Below are positions 47,410-56,641 of a stretch of 56,641 nt of DNA, in pieces. The stretch spans positions 1 through 56,641 of the IMG/VR virus record IMGVR_UViG_3300044940_000530, one strand, 5' to 3'. Position 1 is the stretch's first letter, and each line of letters starts with the position of its first letter. The position numbers and the translations under genes were made by a program. The DNA comes from a virus. Its lineage: Duplodnaviria > Caudoviricetes. The notes beneath the pieces are model-generated. The model did not search any database. It was not told where the DNA came from and was given only the letters and a program-made list of their open reading frames with translations.

Positions 47410-47449
47410 CGAATCAACCCCAACCCAAACCCGACCTTAAGAGGAATCA

Positions 47450-48580
47450 ATGAGCAACCTCACCACACAGAACCCCGCTTTCGCCCCCGGTGCTGCCAGC
47501 CAACTGGCGGCGCTGGACCCGACGTGGAAGCCGGGTCAGCCGTCCAACCTCTCCAAGAACGTGCGCGCCAGCTACGCGGTGCTCAAGTATCGCGGCAAGG
47601 TGTGGCGCATCACCTATCAGGGGAATGAGCAGATGTTGATGGTCCCCTCGCAGGTGCCGGGCCAGCCGCCGCAGCCGATGCAGAGCATGGAGTTGGTCAT
47701 CGTGGACGGCAGCCCGGCTATTAGCAAAATCTACTACCCCGGCAGCTACGTTGAAGGCACAAGGGACAAGCCTACGTGCTGGTCTTCTGACGGTGTGCGT
47801 CCCGATTCCGCCGTTCCGCCGAATCAGAGGCAGGCGAGCGCGTGCGCCGTTTGCCCAATGAACGCATGGGGATCGCGGATCACCGAGAACGGCAAGCAGA
47901 GCAAGGCGTGCCAGGACAGCCGAAGGGTGGCCGTCGTGCCGGTGTCCGATATCCGCAACGCGGCGTTCGGCGGACCCGTGCTGCTGCGCATTCCGCCGTC
48001 GTCGCTCACCGAGCTTGCCAGATTCGACGGGCAGATGGCCGGTCTTGGATTCCCCACTCACGGTGTTGCGGTGCATGTTTCGTTCGATCCGACCGCCGCC
48101 TATCCGAAGATGCGGTTCAGTCCCTCGCGCCCGCTCACCCCGGAGGAGTTCGCCATGGTGATGGAGCACCGCAACGGACCGGTGCTGCGCGACGTGCTCG
48201 CGGCGTCGATCACGGAGCAGGCGATCCACGAGGAACCCGTCGCATCGGTCCCGTCTGCGGCCCCCACAATCGCCCCCATGGCGCAGCCCACGCCCACGCC
48301 CACGCCCACGCCACAGGCGACGGCACCGCAAACACCGCCGCCCGCGTTCGGCACGCCCATCCCCGTGCCGCCCGCGCCCGCGCCTGCGCCTGCGCCTGCG
48401 CCTGCGCCTGCGCCTGCGCCCGCGTTCGGCACGCCCATCCCTTCGTCCGCGCCCATGCCGGTGTCGTTCGGAGCCACGCACGTCCAGCAGATGCAGGCGG
48501 CGACGGCGATCCCCGTCCCTTCCGGCGAGGCGGTTCCCGACCCGCTGGATGAGATGATCGCCAACATGATGAAGTCCTGA
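47450..48580 (+). CDS. Putative ssDNA-binding/annealing protein with Cys motif and Pro-rich tail
   Basis: PTCWSSDG..P, CAVCP.N.WGS and KAC motifs; acidic C-terminal end; upstream of the primase. Confidence 0.6.
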   Translation: MSNLTTQNPAFAPGAASQLAALDPTWKPGQPSNLSKNVRASYAVLKYRGKVWRITYQGNEQMLMVPSQVPGQPPQPMQSMELVIVDGSPAISKIYYPGSYVEGTRDKPTCWSSDGVRPDSAVPPNQRQASACAVCPMNAWGSRITENGKQSKACQDSRRVAVVPVSDIRNAAFGGPVLLRIPPSSLTELARFDGQMAGLGFPTHGVAVHVSFDPTAAYPKMRFSPSRPLTPEEFAMVMEHRNGPVLRDVLAASITEQAIHEEPVASVPSAAPTIAPMAQPTPTPTPTPQATAPQTPPPAFGTPIPVPPAPAPAPAPAPAPAPAPAFGTPIPSSAPMPVSFGATHVQQMQAATAIPVPSGEAVPDPLDEMIANMMKS

Positions 48581-48596
48581 TCATCCTGGCAGCGAT

Positions 48597-48626
48597 GGGG
48601 GGTCGGGACTATACTCTCGACCCCCC
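48597..48626. terminator. Hairpin between SSB-like gene and primase
   Basis: GGGGGGTCGGG...CTCGACCCCCC; no clear U-tract. Confidence 0.45.
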
Positions 48627-48643
48627 GACGAGCGAGAACAACG

Positions 48644-51600
48644 ATGACGGGTTTCGGTGGTGCCATCACGATTCCGGTGCAAGATAATGAATCAGGAACC
48701 AACGCAAACACCGAAGCCGAAGCATTCCTCGCGCGCGTCCTCCCGGCACCGGGGCCGGGCAGGGCCATCAGCATCCACAAACCTTTCATTCCGGCGGGCG
48801 CTCCGAAACCCGTTTTCCCTGGCCGGGCGCACCACACGGTCGCCAGCGCCGTCGAAGAGATCGCGCTTTGGCAGCGAATCGCGCTGAACAGGCACGGCGC
48901 GCCACAGGACGATTTCTATGTTTCGATGTCTCTGCTGTCGGGCGAGGTATCTAAGACATCGAAGGCAGGCCGTCCGTATCTCCAAAGCACGCGGAGGGAC
49001 GAGAACGCTGTTGCGATTCGGTCGTTGTTCGCCGATCTGGATGTGAAGCCGTCTGCGTATCACAGTCAGCAGGAAGCGATCATGGCGCTCGCGCGCGAGG
49101 TCGGCGCGGGCAACCTTCCCTCGCCCACGGTCGTGGTCAACAGCGGCTACGGGATTCATATCTACTGGACCCTCGACACGGAACTGACGCCGCAGCAATG
49201 GCGGCCGCTCGGCGAAGCCGTCTCGCCGTTTTTGCGCCGACTCAAGATTCTCCATGATCCGGCGGTGTCGAGCGACGTGGTGCGCCTGATGCGCGTCCCC
49301 GGCACGTGGAACATGAAGGACCGGTCTTGTCCGCGCCCGGTGCGGCTGCTCGGGCCGATGCGCCCGGCGGACTACCCCGTGTCCACCTTCGCCAACCTGT
49401 TCAACGTGGTGATCGGTGCAGCCCGCACGGCGGTGCCGGGTGCGGCGCTGAACCCTGCCGCGTCTTCCACTACGCCGCCCCTGCCGCCTGCGTTCGCCCA
49501 CGGTCTGCCGCCGCACTTGCAAGCTGCGTCCCCGCCCGCGCTGAGTCCGTATCAACAGGGGTTGCCTCCTCCGCACGAGCAGCGGTCGCAGCCGGTGAAG
49601 TTCGAGCACGTCGTTCGTGATTGCGCGGTGCTCGCCGATATCGCGGCACGCGGCGGGAATGGCGATTCGGAACCTTTGTGGAATCTGGTCGTGTATGCGG
49701 CATCGTTCGCCGAGGACGACGGAGCCGAGTGGGCGCACAAACTGTCTTCGGGCGATCCGCGCTACACGCATGCCGAAACGGAACTGAAACTTGAACAAAA
49801 GCGCATCGCGAGGGAACGCGACCCGTCCAAGTATGGGTGGCCCACCTGCCAAGCGTTCAACCAGCATCATTCGGGGTGCGCGTCCTGCCCGCACGCGGGC
49901 AAGCTGAAATCGCCGCTTTCACTGGGCAAGGATGATTCCGATCTGCCTGAGGGGTATTACAGGGAGATGGGCAGCGTATGGCGCGATTCGCTGGATAGTC
50001 AGGGCAACCCGGTCAAGACGTGCGTTCTTCCGTATGGGATTCGCGACGCCTTTCTCGAAGATACGGATCAAGGTCCTGCGCTCAACGCGCAGATCATTCA
50101 TGCGCGCGGGGCGGCGACACGACTTCGCATGACGACGACGATGGCGAATGTCTGGCGCGAGAAAGCGATGGGCACTCTCGGGATGGCGGGCATATCGCTG
50201 AACAAGGAAACCCAACCGCACGCACAGAGGTTCATCGTGGCCTTCATCCAGCACTTGCAGCGTCGTCTGGGGACGCTCACCCGCCGCGATACGTTCGGGT
50301 GGACCAGGGACCGTGCCGGTCTCGTTGCGTTCGGCACCGGAGCGCGGGTGTGGACTGCGACAGGGTTCGAGGCGGTCCATCCAGGGGATCGCGTCATGGC
50401 CGACAAATACATGGCACGCGGAGACGTGCAGCCATGGAAGGACGTGGCCGATTTTTTGATCGCCATGAATCGCCTCGACCTGCAATGCGTGATCGCGAGC
50501 GCGTTCGCCGCACCTTTGGTGTGTTTCACCGGACAGTCGGGGCTTCTCCTGTCGATCTACAGCCCGCATTCCGGCGTGCAGAAATCGACCGCGATGCTGT
50601 GCGCGCAAGCCGTGTGGGGCAACCCCACGACGGCGATGAACCGGCTGGACGATTCGACGAACAGCGTCAGCAACAAGCTCGGGCTGCTGCGGCACCTGCC
50701 GATCTATTGGGACGAGTTGCAAACGGACCAGCATGCGGATGCCTACGTGAAGCTGGCGTTCGCGCTGAGCCAGGGGACCGAGAAGGCGCGCCTCACCGCC
50801 GATATCACGCAACGCGAGGCTGGAAGCTGGGCGACGATGCTCGTGTCGGCGTCCAACTTCTCCGTGCAGTCGTTGATGCACCGGCACGCGAGGAACACGA
50901 CAGCGGGTCTCAACCGGGTTTTCGAGATCGAAGCCGTCCCCGGCACGACAGGACTCGTCGGTGCGGCGGAGGCCAGCATGATGGTCGGGCGGCTGAGGGA
51001 GCACTACGGGCGGGCGGGAGAAGCGTATGCGCAAGCCTTGGCTCGCGAGCATGACCATTTGCAGGACCGACTCAAGAAAATCGCCGAATCGTTCGAGAAG
51101 AGCGTGCAGGCGGTTCCGGAAGAACGTTTCTGGGTATTCACTGCGGCTACGATTCTTCTCGGGGCCATGTTCGCCAAGAGCCTGGGACTGGCCGACTTCG
51201 ATGTTCCCGGAATGCAGCGATTCCTCGCCGACACGATTCTGAACCAACGCAAATCGAAGAACGACAGCACATACGACCACACGAGTCCCGAGTTCCTCGC
51301 GCATGTCTTGTTTCGCTACGTGCAGCATTGCCGTGCCAGAAACACCTGTCTGGAAACGGATCAATGCGTTCGCGGAGCGGGGAGGCATGTGGTCAATCTC
51401 AAGATGCCGAGCGATGACGCCCGTCGCGCGCTGCGTTCGCCCGTGCTGCACATTGCCCGCGACGCGGGGATTGTTCGGATGCTTCCATACGAGTTCGAGG
51501 AGTGGATTGATTCGCAGGAGTTATCCCGCCGAGTCATCATCGACGGGCTGGAAAAGCATGCAGGATTGACCCGCGCACGCATGACATGGGCCGGGGGCAC

Positions 51601-51751
51601 CGAATACGCCAGCGGCCAGACGCGGGTGTTTGAGCTTATCATCGACCCGGCACGAAGCGCAGTCGGCGCGCTCTTCAGCCAGCCGGGCGGGCCGTTCAAC
51701 GTCCAACCGCCGACAGTGACAAACGGGAGAAGTTCCGATGACAGACAATAA
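48644..51751 (+). CDS. Primase-helicase: AEP/RepB-like primase plus DUF927-like helicase, 1035 aa
   Basis: LFADLD, VNSGYGIHIYW and R.MRVPGT.N primase motifs; PTC..F....C..CPH; P-loop-like SGVQKST and WDE. Confidence 0.88.
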   Translation: MTGFGGAITIPVQDNESGTNANTEAEAFLARVLPAPGPGRAISIHKPFIPAGAPKPVFPGRAHHTVASAVEEIALWQRIALNRHGAPQDDFYVSMSLLSGEVSKTSKAGRPYLQSTRRDENAVAIRSLFADLDVKPSAYHSQQEAIMALAREVGAGNLPSPTVVVNSGYGIHIYWTLDTELTPQQWRPLGEAVSPFLRRLKILHDPAVSSDVVRLMRVPGTWNMKDRSCPRPVRLLGPMRPADYPVSTFANLFNVVIGAARTAVPGAALNPAASSTTPPLPPAFAHGLPPHLQAASPPALSPYQQGLPPPHEQRSQPVKFEHVVRDCAVLADIAARGGNGDSEPLWNLVVYAASFAEDDGAEWAHKLSSGDPRYTHAETELKLEQKRIARERDPSKYGWPTCQAFNQHHSGCASCPHAGKLKSPLSLGKDDSDLPEGYYREMGSVWRDSLDSQGNPVKTCVLPYGIRDAFLEDTDQGPALNAQIIHARGAATRLRMTTTMANVWREKAMGTLGMAGISLNKETQPHAQRFIVAFIQHLQRRLGTLTRRDTFGWTRDRAGLVAFGTGARVWTATGFEAVHPGDRVMADKYMARGDVQPWKDVADFLIAMNRLDLQCVIASAFAAPLVCFTGQSGLLLSIYSPHSGVQKSTAMLCAQAVWGNPTTAMNRLDDSTNSVSNKLGLLRHLPIYWDELQTDQHADAYVKLAFALSQGTEKARLTADITQREAGSWATMLVSASNFSVQSLMHRHARNTTAGLNRVFEIEAVPGTTGLVGAAEASMMVGRLREHYGRAGEAYAQALAREHDHLQDRLKKIAESFEKSVQAVPEERFWVFTAATILLGAMFAKSLGLADFDVPGMQRFLADTILNQRKSKNDSTYDHTSPEFLAHVLFRYVQHCRARNTCLETDQCVRGAGRHVVNLKMPSDDARRALRSPVLHIARDAGIVRMLPYEFEEWIDSQELSRRVIIDGLEKHAGLTRARMTWAGGTEYASGQTRVFELIIDPARSAVGALFSQPGGPFNVQPPTVTNGRSSDDRQ

Positions 51752-51965
51752 AGAATCACCGCTCGCCATCGCCTTGAAGAAGGCGTTCGACGCCTGGATG
51801 CTCACGCCGGGTGAGCGGAGCGTTCCCCTTCATGTCTTCATGGCGAAGTCGCTGCTCGCCATCCCCGATGCCGTGGTGCATATCCCCGAGCGTCCTCCGT
51901 CCGCGCAACTGTCGCTTCCGCTTCCGTCCCCTGTTCCGCCCCCTGTTCCGGAGCAACGGTCATGA
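51738..51965 (+). CDS. Hypothetical protein, 75 aa
   Basis: Overlaps the primase stop; SD GGGAG. Confidence 0.55.
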   Translation: MTDNKESPLAIALKKAFDAWMLTPGERSVPLHVFMAKSLLAIPDAVVHIPERPPSAQLSLPLPSPVPPPVPEQRS

Positions 51966-52294
51966 CGGAAATCGCGATGTTCCTTTTCGGGGTGCTGGTC
52001 GGTGTTGTCGGGTTTTTCCTCTATGTGGTTCATATGATGCGGGCCGACCTCGCCTATAATGATTTCATTTCGAGCATGAATCCGCAGCAGAACATCAAGC
52101 GATTCATAGCGGTCCGTAACATCGAGGCAGCGATGGACGAACTTTACATATGCCTGCTGCATCGGCATGAAAGCGGGCCGAAAGACGATTCTTCAAATCA
52201 GATGCACGCCTGCGACATGAAGCTGCTGCGGGACGGCATCGAGGGGCTGCGGTATCTCGCGCCCGATGTAGCGCCGCGTTTCATCTGCGACTAA
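51962..52294 (+). CDS. Hypothetical protein with N-terminal TM helix, 110 aa
   Basis: ATGA-coupled; hydrophobic residues 4-24. Confidence 0.6.
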   Translation: MTEIAMFLFGVLVGVVGFFLYVVHMMRADLAYNDFISSMNPQQNIKRFIAVRNIEAAMDELYICLLHRHESGPKDDSSNQMHACDMKLLRDGIEGLRYLAPDVAPRFICD

Positions 52295-52554
52295 CGAGCG
52301 CGCCACCCGCGATTCTTCGATTTATCCATCAGTCGGAGATTCGAGACGGAGTTCGACCCTCCGTCTCGGATCGGCGTCTTGTGGTCCACGTCCTTGCCCT
52401 TGAGCGCGTCCTTGCCGTGCTTTTTCTCCATCATGCGCCGTGCCTTGTTGCGCTGCGAACGCTTCGCAATCTGCTCGGGGGTGCCGTGGTATTCGTCATA
52501 ATGGCGGCGCATCTGCTCGGGCGTGCGGTGCGTCACCGGGTCGCGCTTGCTCAT
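52291..52554 (-). CDS. Small HNH endonuclease, 87 aa
   Basis: GKDVDHKTPIRDGGSN...NLR......NR; SD AGGAG. Confidence 0.88.
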   Translation of the reverse strand: MSKRDPVTHRTPEQMRRHYDEYHGTPEQIAKRSQRNKARRMMEKKHGKDALKGKDVDHKTPIRDGGSNSVSNLRLMDKSKNRGWRAR

Positions 52555-52565
52555 TGGGGATTCTC

Positions 52566-55500
52566 CTAGTCGGTGCCGAATCTGCCTTCGTCCAGCACGA
52601 ACCGCCGTGAACGCGGCACGTAGATGCCATCGACGGCTTCGCGTTCGCGACGCATCTTCTCGCGCATGCTTTGCCGGATGTTGTCCCTCGTGATGCGCGC
52701 GGGTATCTGTTCCGGCGATAGATTCCTGTTGAAATCATCAATCGCCAAAAGCGCCTTCCGCCGCTCTTCATATGTCTCCGCCTGCCGCAACGCGCGGAGC
52801 AGTTCGCTGCGTTTGCGGTCGAACCGTCGTAGCTCTCCTTGGACGGCGTTTCGCCGCTCATAGATGTTCGAGACCCGCGTCGGGGTGAACCCGACCGCCT
52901 GAATGATCGCTTCGCTGGTGCTGAAATCCTTGCCGCCGTCGATTCGCTCGCCGCGACGGTTGGTGACGCCCTCTTCGCTCAACCGCAATGCCCTGATCAC
53001 GTCGCGGATTGCTTTGGGCGTAACCGCTTCCGCAGCGCGCGCGTAGTCGCCGCTGAACGCAAGCTTCGGTGCCGACAGCGCCGCGACCAGCATGCTTCCC
53101 GGCGCGCCAAGAATAAACTCGCCTGCGTAGTGCGTCAGCGTTCTGGATTCGTAGTCGCGCAGGTCTTTCAGGAAGATAAGCCCGTCGAGTCCGAGACGGG
53201 TGGACATGTCCACACCGAATGCGGACGGAATACCGCGCGAGATCGCCTGTTCAGCGGTTGGCCCCATCAGGGCGGCCAGTTGTTTCCGGACCTCGGTTTC
53301 CCAATCGGGCGGTTCGTCGGCACCGAACAGGAGCGCGAGTGCGCCCGCCGCGATCACGAACACTTCCGTTGGCAGCCCAAGCACGCCTGCCATCACGGCA
53401 TGGGTGAGCAGAACATAGGCGAGCGTCTTGCGCGCGACCGCGCGTTCCTCGGGGCTTTTTCCTTTCACGGCGAGGTAGATTTGACGAATCAGAAGGAAAT
53501 ACACTGCCTGCGCATACTTGCGGAACGTCATCATCGGCGCGAGCAGCGGATACCGGCGCGCGTCCATATACCGCGCCGTGTTTGCCGACGAGTAATCCGC
53601 CTGCGATAGATCGACCACCTCGCGCGCTTCGGCGGTGGCAGCGCGGGCGTCCTTTCCCGCGCGGCGCGCGAGCCTGTATGTGGCAACCGCCGTCATGGCG
53701 CGGTTGACCACCTCGATTGAACTGGGGAACGCGCGGGCCATGGCTTCGGTCTGCGCAAGCTTGGTGGCAGCCCACCCCTGGGAAGCCTGCACCGTGCGGA
53801 CAAGCTCCAACCCCGCCGAGGCGTCGATGAGGCCCTCTTTGGCAAGCTCATCGAGCATGGCGTTCAACTCCGCGCCATCGCTTTGCTTACCAACGGCGCT
53901 CTTCACCAGGGACAAGAGGTCGAGCGCCTGCTTCTCCTTGCCGGTGCCGAGCGTCTTGACGGTGCGCGCGAACTCCTTTGCGCCGCCTTTCAGCACGCGG
54001 CCTGCGCCGATGCTGTTCACGGCCCGAGCCAACTCGACGTTGCCACGCGCCCCATACCTCGCCGACAGGATCGGCGCGGCCAGCATCCATGGCTGCGTGA
54101 TTTGAATCATGGAATACGAAGGCGACAGCAGATAATACGAAAACGCCATCGATTGCAGTGTCCGAATGAACTTGTTCGTCGATCCCCGCCCGGCGGGATC
54201 GACCGACGAGGATGCGGCGCGTTCCTCGAACTCGCGCAGCACGCGCTGACGGCGGACGGTATTGCCCGTGTCGGTCGTGCCGCCTTGTGGGTATTCCTCG
54301 CTCTTGATGTTGTCCTGCATGCCACGCATGGCGTCGGCGATCCGCTGCGCCGTCTTTACGCCTGCGTAATAGTTGGACGCGGAGATTCCGTAGTTGGCGA
54401 TGACGCGGCGGATGTCCTTGTTGGCACCCGCAACGCGGCGACGCTTGATCAGCGTGTTGTTCAGCAGCCGATTCGGAGTCAGTTGCAGAAGCGCGTCGGA
54501 CGCGGCGCGCACCGCTATTTCCTTTTGCTTCGGCGTCAGCGTCTTGTCGTCTTCGATGTATTTGAGCAAGCGCTGCCCTTCCGCGTCGAGCATGGAGACG
54601 GTTCCTTCGGCTTCGGCACGCAGCGCGATCTCCGCGACCTCGTGCTTCTTCTGCTGAACCAACTCCTGGCGGAACGTTTCGGCTTCGGCGCGCGTCTCGA
54701 AGAACGCAACGCCTTGCGTCTGCAACTCCAACTCGTATTCCACCTTCGCCGCAGCCTTGCGTGTCTTGTTCAGGGCGGCCTTGTATGCCTTGCGGTTGGC
54801 GGCGGCGATCTCCTGCGGTGTAGGCGCGGACCCGAGCAGCCCGCGCTGAACGGCTTGCTCCGCCTTGAGGATCGCAGGGTCCGGCTTGGTGATCTCGTTG
54901 CCTTGCGCGTCGTAGTAGCGCGTGATGGAATCATTGAGAACGGGCAACGAAGATTTCGCCGCGAAGGCTTCCCTGTCCGCGCGCGTGGCGAACTTGTAGA
55001 TCGACTGAGGGGATTCCTTCCAGCGAACAATGTAATCGCCGAACCGCTGCAAGGGAATGTAAGGACCCGCCAGCTTTCCGCGATTCCGCGTTGTGTCGAG
55101 AATCTCCGCCGTCGCATCGCCGACCAGCGTCCTGTCCTGCGCCGTCTCTACGCCTGTGGCCCATCGCAGCGCGAGCGGTTCCAGATCGCGGTGCCGCAGC
55201 GGCAGCGGAGTGTTGGCGCGGATGGCCTCATCGACCTGCGCGCGCCACCAGCGTTCGACGTTGGATTGCATCAGCGCCACGAGCATGTCCTTGTGGATTT
55301 TTTCCATGCTCGCGACGATCTTCTTATACACTGCCTGCTGTTTCGGCGTCAGCTTCGCCCACTCTGCGGACAGAACGCCGTGCAGTGCTTGCGCTTGCGC
55401 TTCGCGAGCGCCTTTCGGCGTTCCTTTCTTCGAGAGAATGTGCGCGTTCTTCGGGTCTGTGAGCGGAACGTCGGGATGCACCTCGGCGAGTGTGGCCTTC

Positions 55501-56641
55501 AACATGAAGTCGTTGAGGGTCGCGATCTCCTCGGGCTGCATGTCCCATGCCTGCAAAAGCGGCACGATATTGGTGCTCAGATAAGATTCGGCGATCTGCG
55601 CGCGTTCGGTGAGGGCCTTCACTCCCATCGTCAGGGGATCGTCGCGCCCGTTTGGATCGATCATGTCCATGCGCACGGTGCGCTTGAACAGCCCGGCGCT
55701 CATCATCTCGATTTGGCGCAGTGTTGCGAATCCGAGCCCTGTTCTCTTGAACCACTCCGTGATCGACGATGTTGAGGGCGCGGCGGCGACGCTCAACCGC
55801 TTCATCACCGCCAACGGTGCCGCCGCCGTATCCTCGGGGCGGCTGTGCTGGTTCACCAAGTATGCCAGCGCATCCAGCATGCGCTCGTCGTTGGCCTGAA
55901 TCCCTTCGGCACCGAGCAGGATGGACGCTTCCAACGCGGACATGGCCTCCGCATCGACGCTCGCGGGCAGGCGGGGCAGGCCGAGCGCCGAACGCACCAG
56001 TTGAACGAACGCCGCCCATGCGTTTCTGAACGTGCCGAAGATGCCGATGCGCGCTTGTTCCGCCTTGGATATCGAAATGCCCTCAAGGACGCGCTGCACT
56101 TCGCGGTTCGTCATCGCCATGGTGATGAACTCGTGCGGCGATGACAGTGCATAGGTCATGTAATCGGAACGCGGAGCGTTGCCCAACTTATCGGCGACGA
56201 ACTGCATCAATCGTTCCGCTCGCGCCCGCAGGGCGGTGTCCTTCAACAACGTCATCACGGTCGCCGCATGAACTAATTCATGTGCAACCGTCTCATCAAG
56301 CCCGGCAACCCCGAGGTAGGGTTCGTTCGGGTAGAGGATCAGGTCCTCGGGGATAAAAATCGTCCCGGCGGGAGCGCCCTCAGCGATTTCCTTTGTGGTC
56401 GACGGCACAAACAGCCCCGCAGGTATTGTGTTGCTTTCCTCCGCGATTTCCGCCCAGAGCGACCCATCAACCGCCACGAGAGGCACGTCCCCCGCCACTT
56501 CGGAGAGGCGCTTCCCCAACTCAGCCAGGGCAGGGGTGCGCGCAAAGCGGACGAACAGGGTTTTGTAGGGGTTCTTCCTTTGCTGGACGGACCGGATGTT
56601 CTGATTCTTCTCAAAGAACCGAGTCGCCTTGCTGCCCTTGG
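52566..56641 (-). CDS. Giant polyvalent ejection protein, C-terminal part (HExxH metallopeptidase-like and PLxRFG domains)
   Basis: VAHELVHAAT...HEF zincin motif; YIPLQRFGDY PLxRFG motif; the frame continues from 1..3786. Confidence 0.9.
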   Translation of the reverse strand, partial: KGSKATRFFEKNQNIRSVQQRKNPYKTLFVRFARTPALAELGKRLSEVAGDVPLVAVDGSLWAEIAEESNTIPAGLFVPSTTKEIAEGAPAGTIFIPEDLILYPNEPYLGVAGLDETVAHELVHAATVMTLLKDTALRARAERLMQFVADKLGNAPRSDYMTYALSSPHEFITMAMTNREVQRVLEGISISKAEQARIGIFGTFRNAWAAFVQLVRSALGLPRLPASVDAEAMSALEASILLGAEGIQANDERMLDALAYLVNQHSRPEDTAAAPLAVMKRLSVAAAPSTSSITEWFKRTGLGFATLRQIEMMSAGLFKRTVRMDMIDPNGRDDPLTMGVKALTERAQIAESYLSTNIVPLLQAWDMQPEEIATLNDFMLKATLAEVHPDVPLTDPKNAHILSKKGTPKGAREAQAQALHGVLSAEWAKLTPKQQAVYKKIVASMEKIHKDMLVALMQSNVERWWRAQVDEAIRANTPLPLRHRDLEPLALRWATGVETAQDRTLVGDATAEILDTTRNRGKLAGPYIPLQRFGDYIVRWKESPQSIYKFATRADREAFAAKSSLPVLNDSITRYYDAQGNEITKPDPAILKAEQAVQRGLLGSAPTPQEIAAANRKAYKAALNKTRKAAAKVEYELELQTQGVAFFETRAEAETFRQELVQQKKHEVAEIALRAEAEGTVSMLDAEGQRLLKYIEDDKTLTPKQKEIAVRAASDALLQLTPNRLLNNTLIKRRRVAGANKDIRRVIANYGISASNYYAGVKTAQRIADAMRGMQDNIKSEEYPQGGTTDTGNTVRRQRVLREFEERAASSSVDPAGRGSTNKFIRTLQSMAFSYYLLSPSYSMIQITQPWMLAAPILSARYGARGNVELARAVNSIGAGRVLKGGAKEFARTVKTLGTGKEKQALDLLSLVKSAVGKQSDGAELNAMLDELAKEGLIDASAGLELVRTVQASQGWAATKLAQTEAMARAFPSSIEVVNRAMTAVATYRLARRAGKDARAATAEAREVVDLSQADYSSANTARYMDARRYPLLAPMMTFRKYAQAVYFLLIRQIYLAVKGKSPEERAVARKTLAYVLLTHAVMAGVLGLPTEVFVIAAGALALLFGADEPPDWETEVRKQLAALMGPTAEQAISRGIPSAFGVDMSTRLGLDGLIFLKDLRDYESRTLTHYAGEFILGAPGSMLVAALSAPKLAFSGDYARAAEAVTPKAIRDVIRALRLSEEGVTNRRGERIDGGKDFSTSEAIIQAVGFTPTRVSNIYERRNAVQGELRRFDRKRSELLRALRQAETYEERRKALLAIDDFNRNLSPEQIPARITRDNIRQSMREKMRREREAVDGIYVPRSRRFVLDEGRFGTD
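56409..56641. repeat. 233-bp terminal direct repeat, right copy
   Basis: Matches 1-233 with one mismatch. Confidence 0.97.

Larger units (their letters stand above)
1..56641. mobile_element. Complete tailed dsDNA bacteriophage genome, podovirus-like, probably lytic
   Basis: Terminase, portal, scaffold, capsid, tail tubular, ejection and replication genes fill the whole window. The ends overlap. No host genes, tape measure, sheath or integrase were recognised. Confidence 0.95.

Noticed and set aside
1-56641. Prophage features (integrase, att sites, repressor), tRNA or rRNA genes
   Set aside because: None recognised by eye; a tRNAscan/HMM run would be needed to exclude divergent ones.

Overview
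This window is an apparently complete, circularly permuted genome of a tailed dsDNA phage with podovirus-type architecture. The unit length is about 56,408 bp, because bases 1-233 recur at 56409-56641 with one synonymous mismatch. The minus-strand late operon runs portal, scaffold, major capsid, adaptors, tail fibre, a GH5-like glycoside hydrolase, an SGNH/SASA-like esterase, holin, tail nozzle, GNAT, ejection proteins and a ~2,540-aa PLxRFG/HExxH polyvalent protein that spans the contig ends. The terminase genes are transcribed divergently from it. The plus strand carries an early cassette region, a 1-kb non-coding origin-like region, a MoxR AAA+/VWA-peptidase pair, and a replication block (PolA, PD-(D/E)XK nuclease, VRR-NUC, adenine MTase, SNF2 helicase, SSB-like protein, primase-DUF927 helicase). 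No integrase, tRNA, CRISPR array or recognisable endolysin was seen. The most striking unexplained signal is the pentamer GAWTC, a subset of the alphaproteobacterial CcrM site GANTC. It is about 6-fold enriched in hand-counted samples, sits in promoters and next to many start codons, and forms a GAATCnGATTC palindrome array with a 31-32 bp period beside the putative origin. The same genome encodes an orphan adenine MTase and an HTH protein resembling the GcrA N-terminus, which suggests a methylation-read phage control system (hypothesis). Other notable items are repeated promoter-gene-terminator cassettes with boxB/boxA-like sites, a ~500-nt structured candidate RNA, two E3-binding (PSBD)-like domains in the giant ejected protein, and an unusually heavy load of simple repeats. 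All product calls come from motif recognition by eye; no database searches were run.
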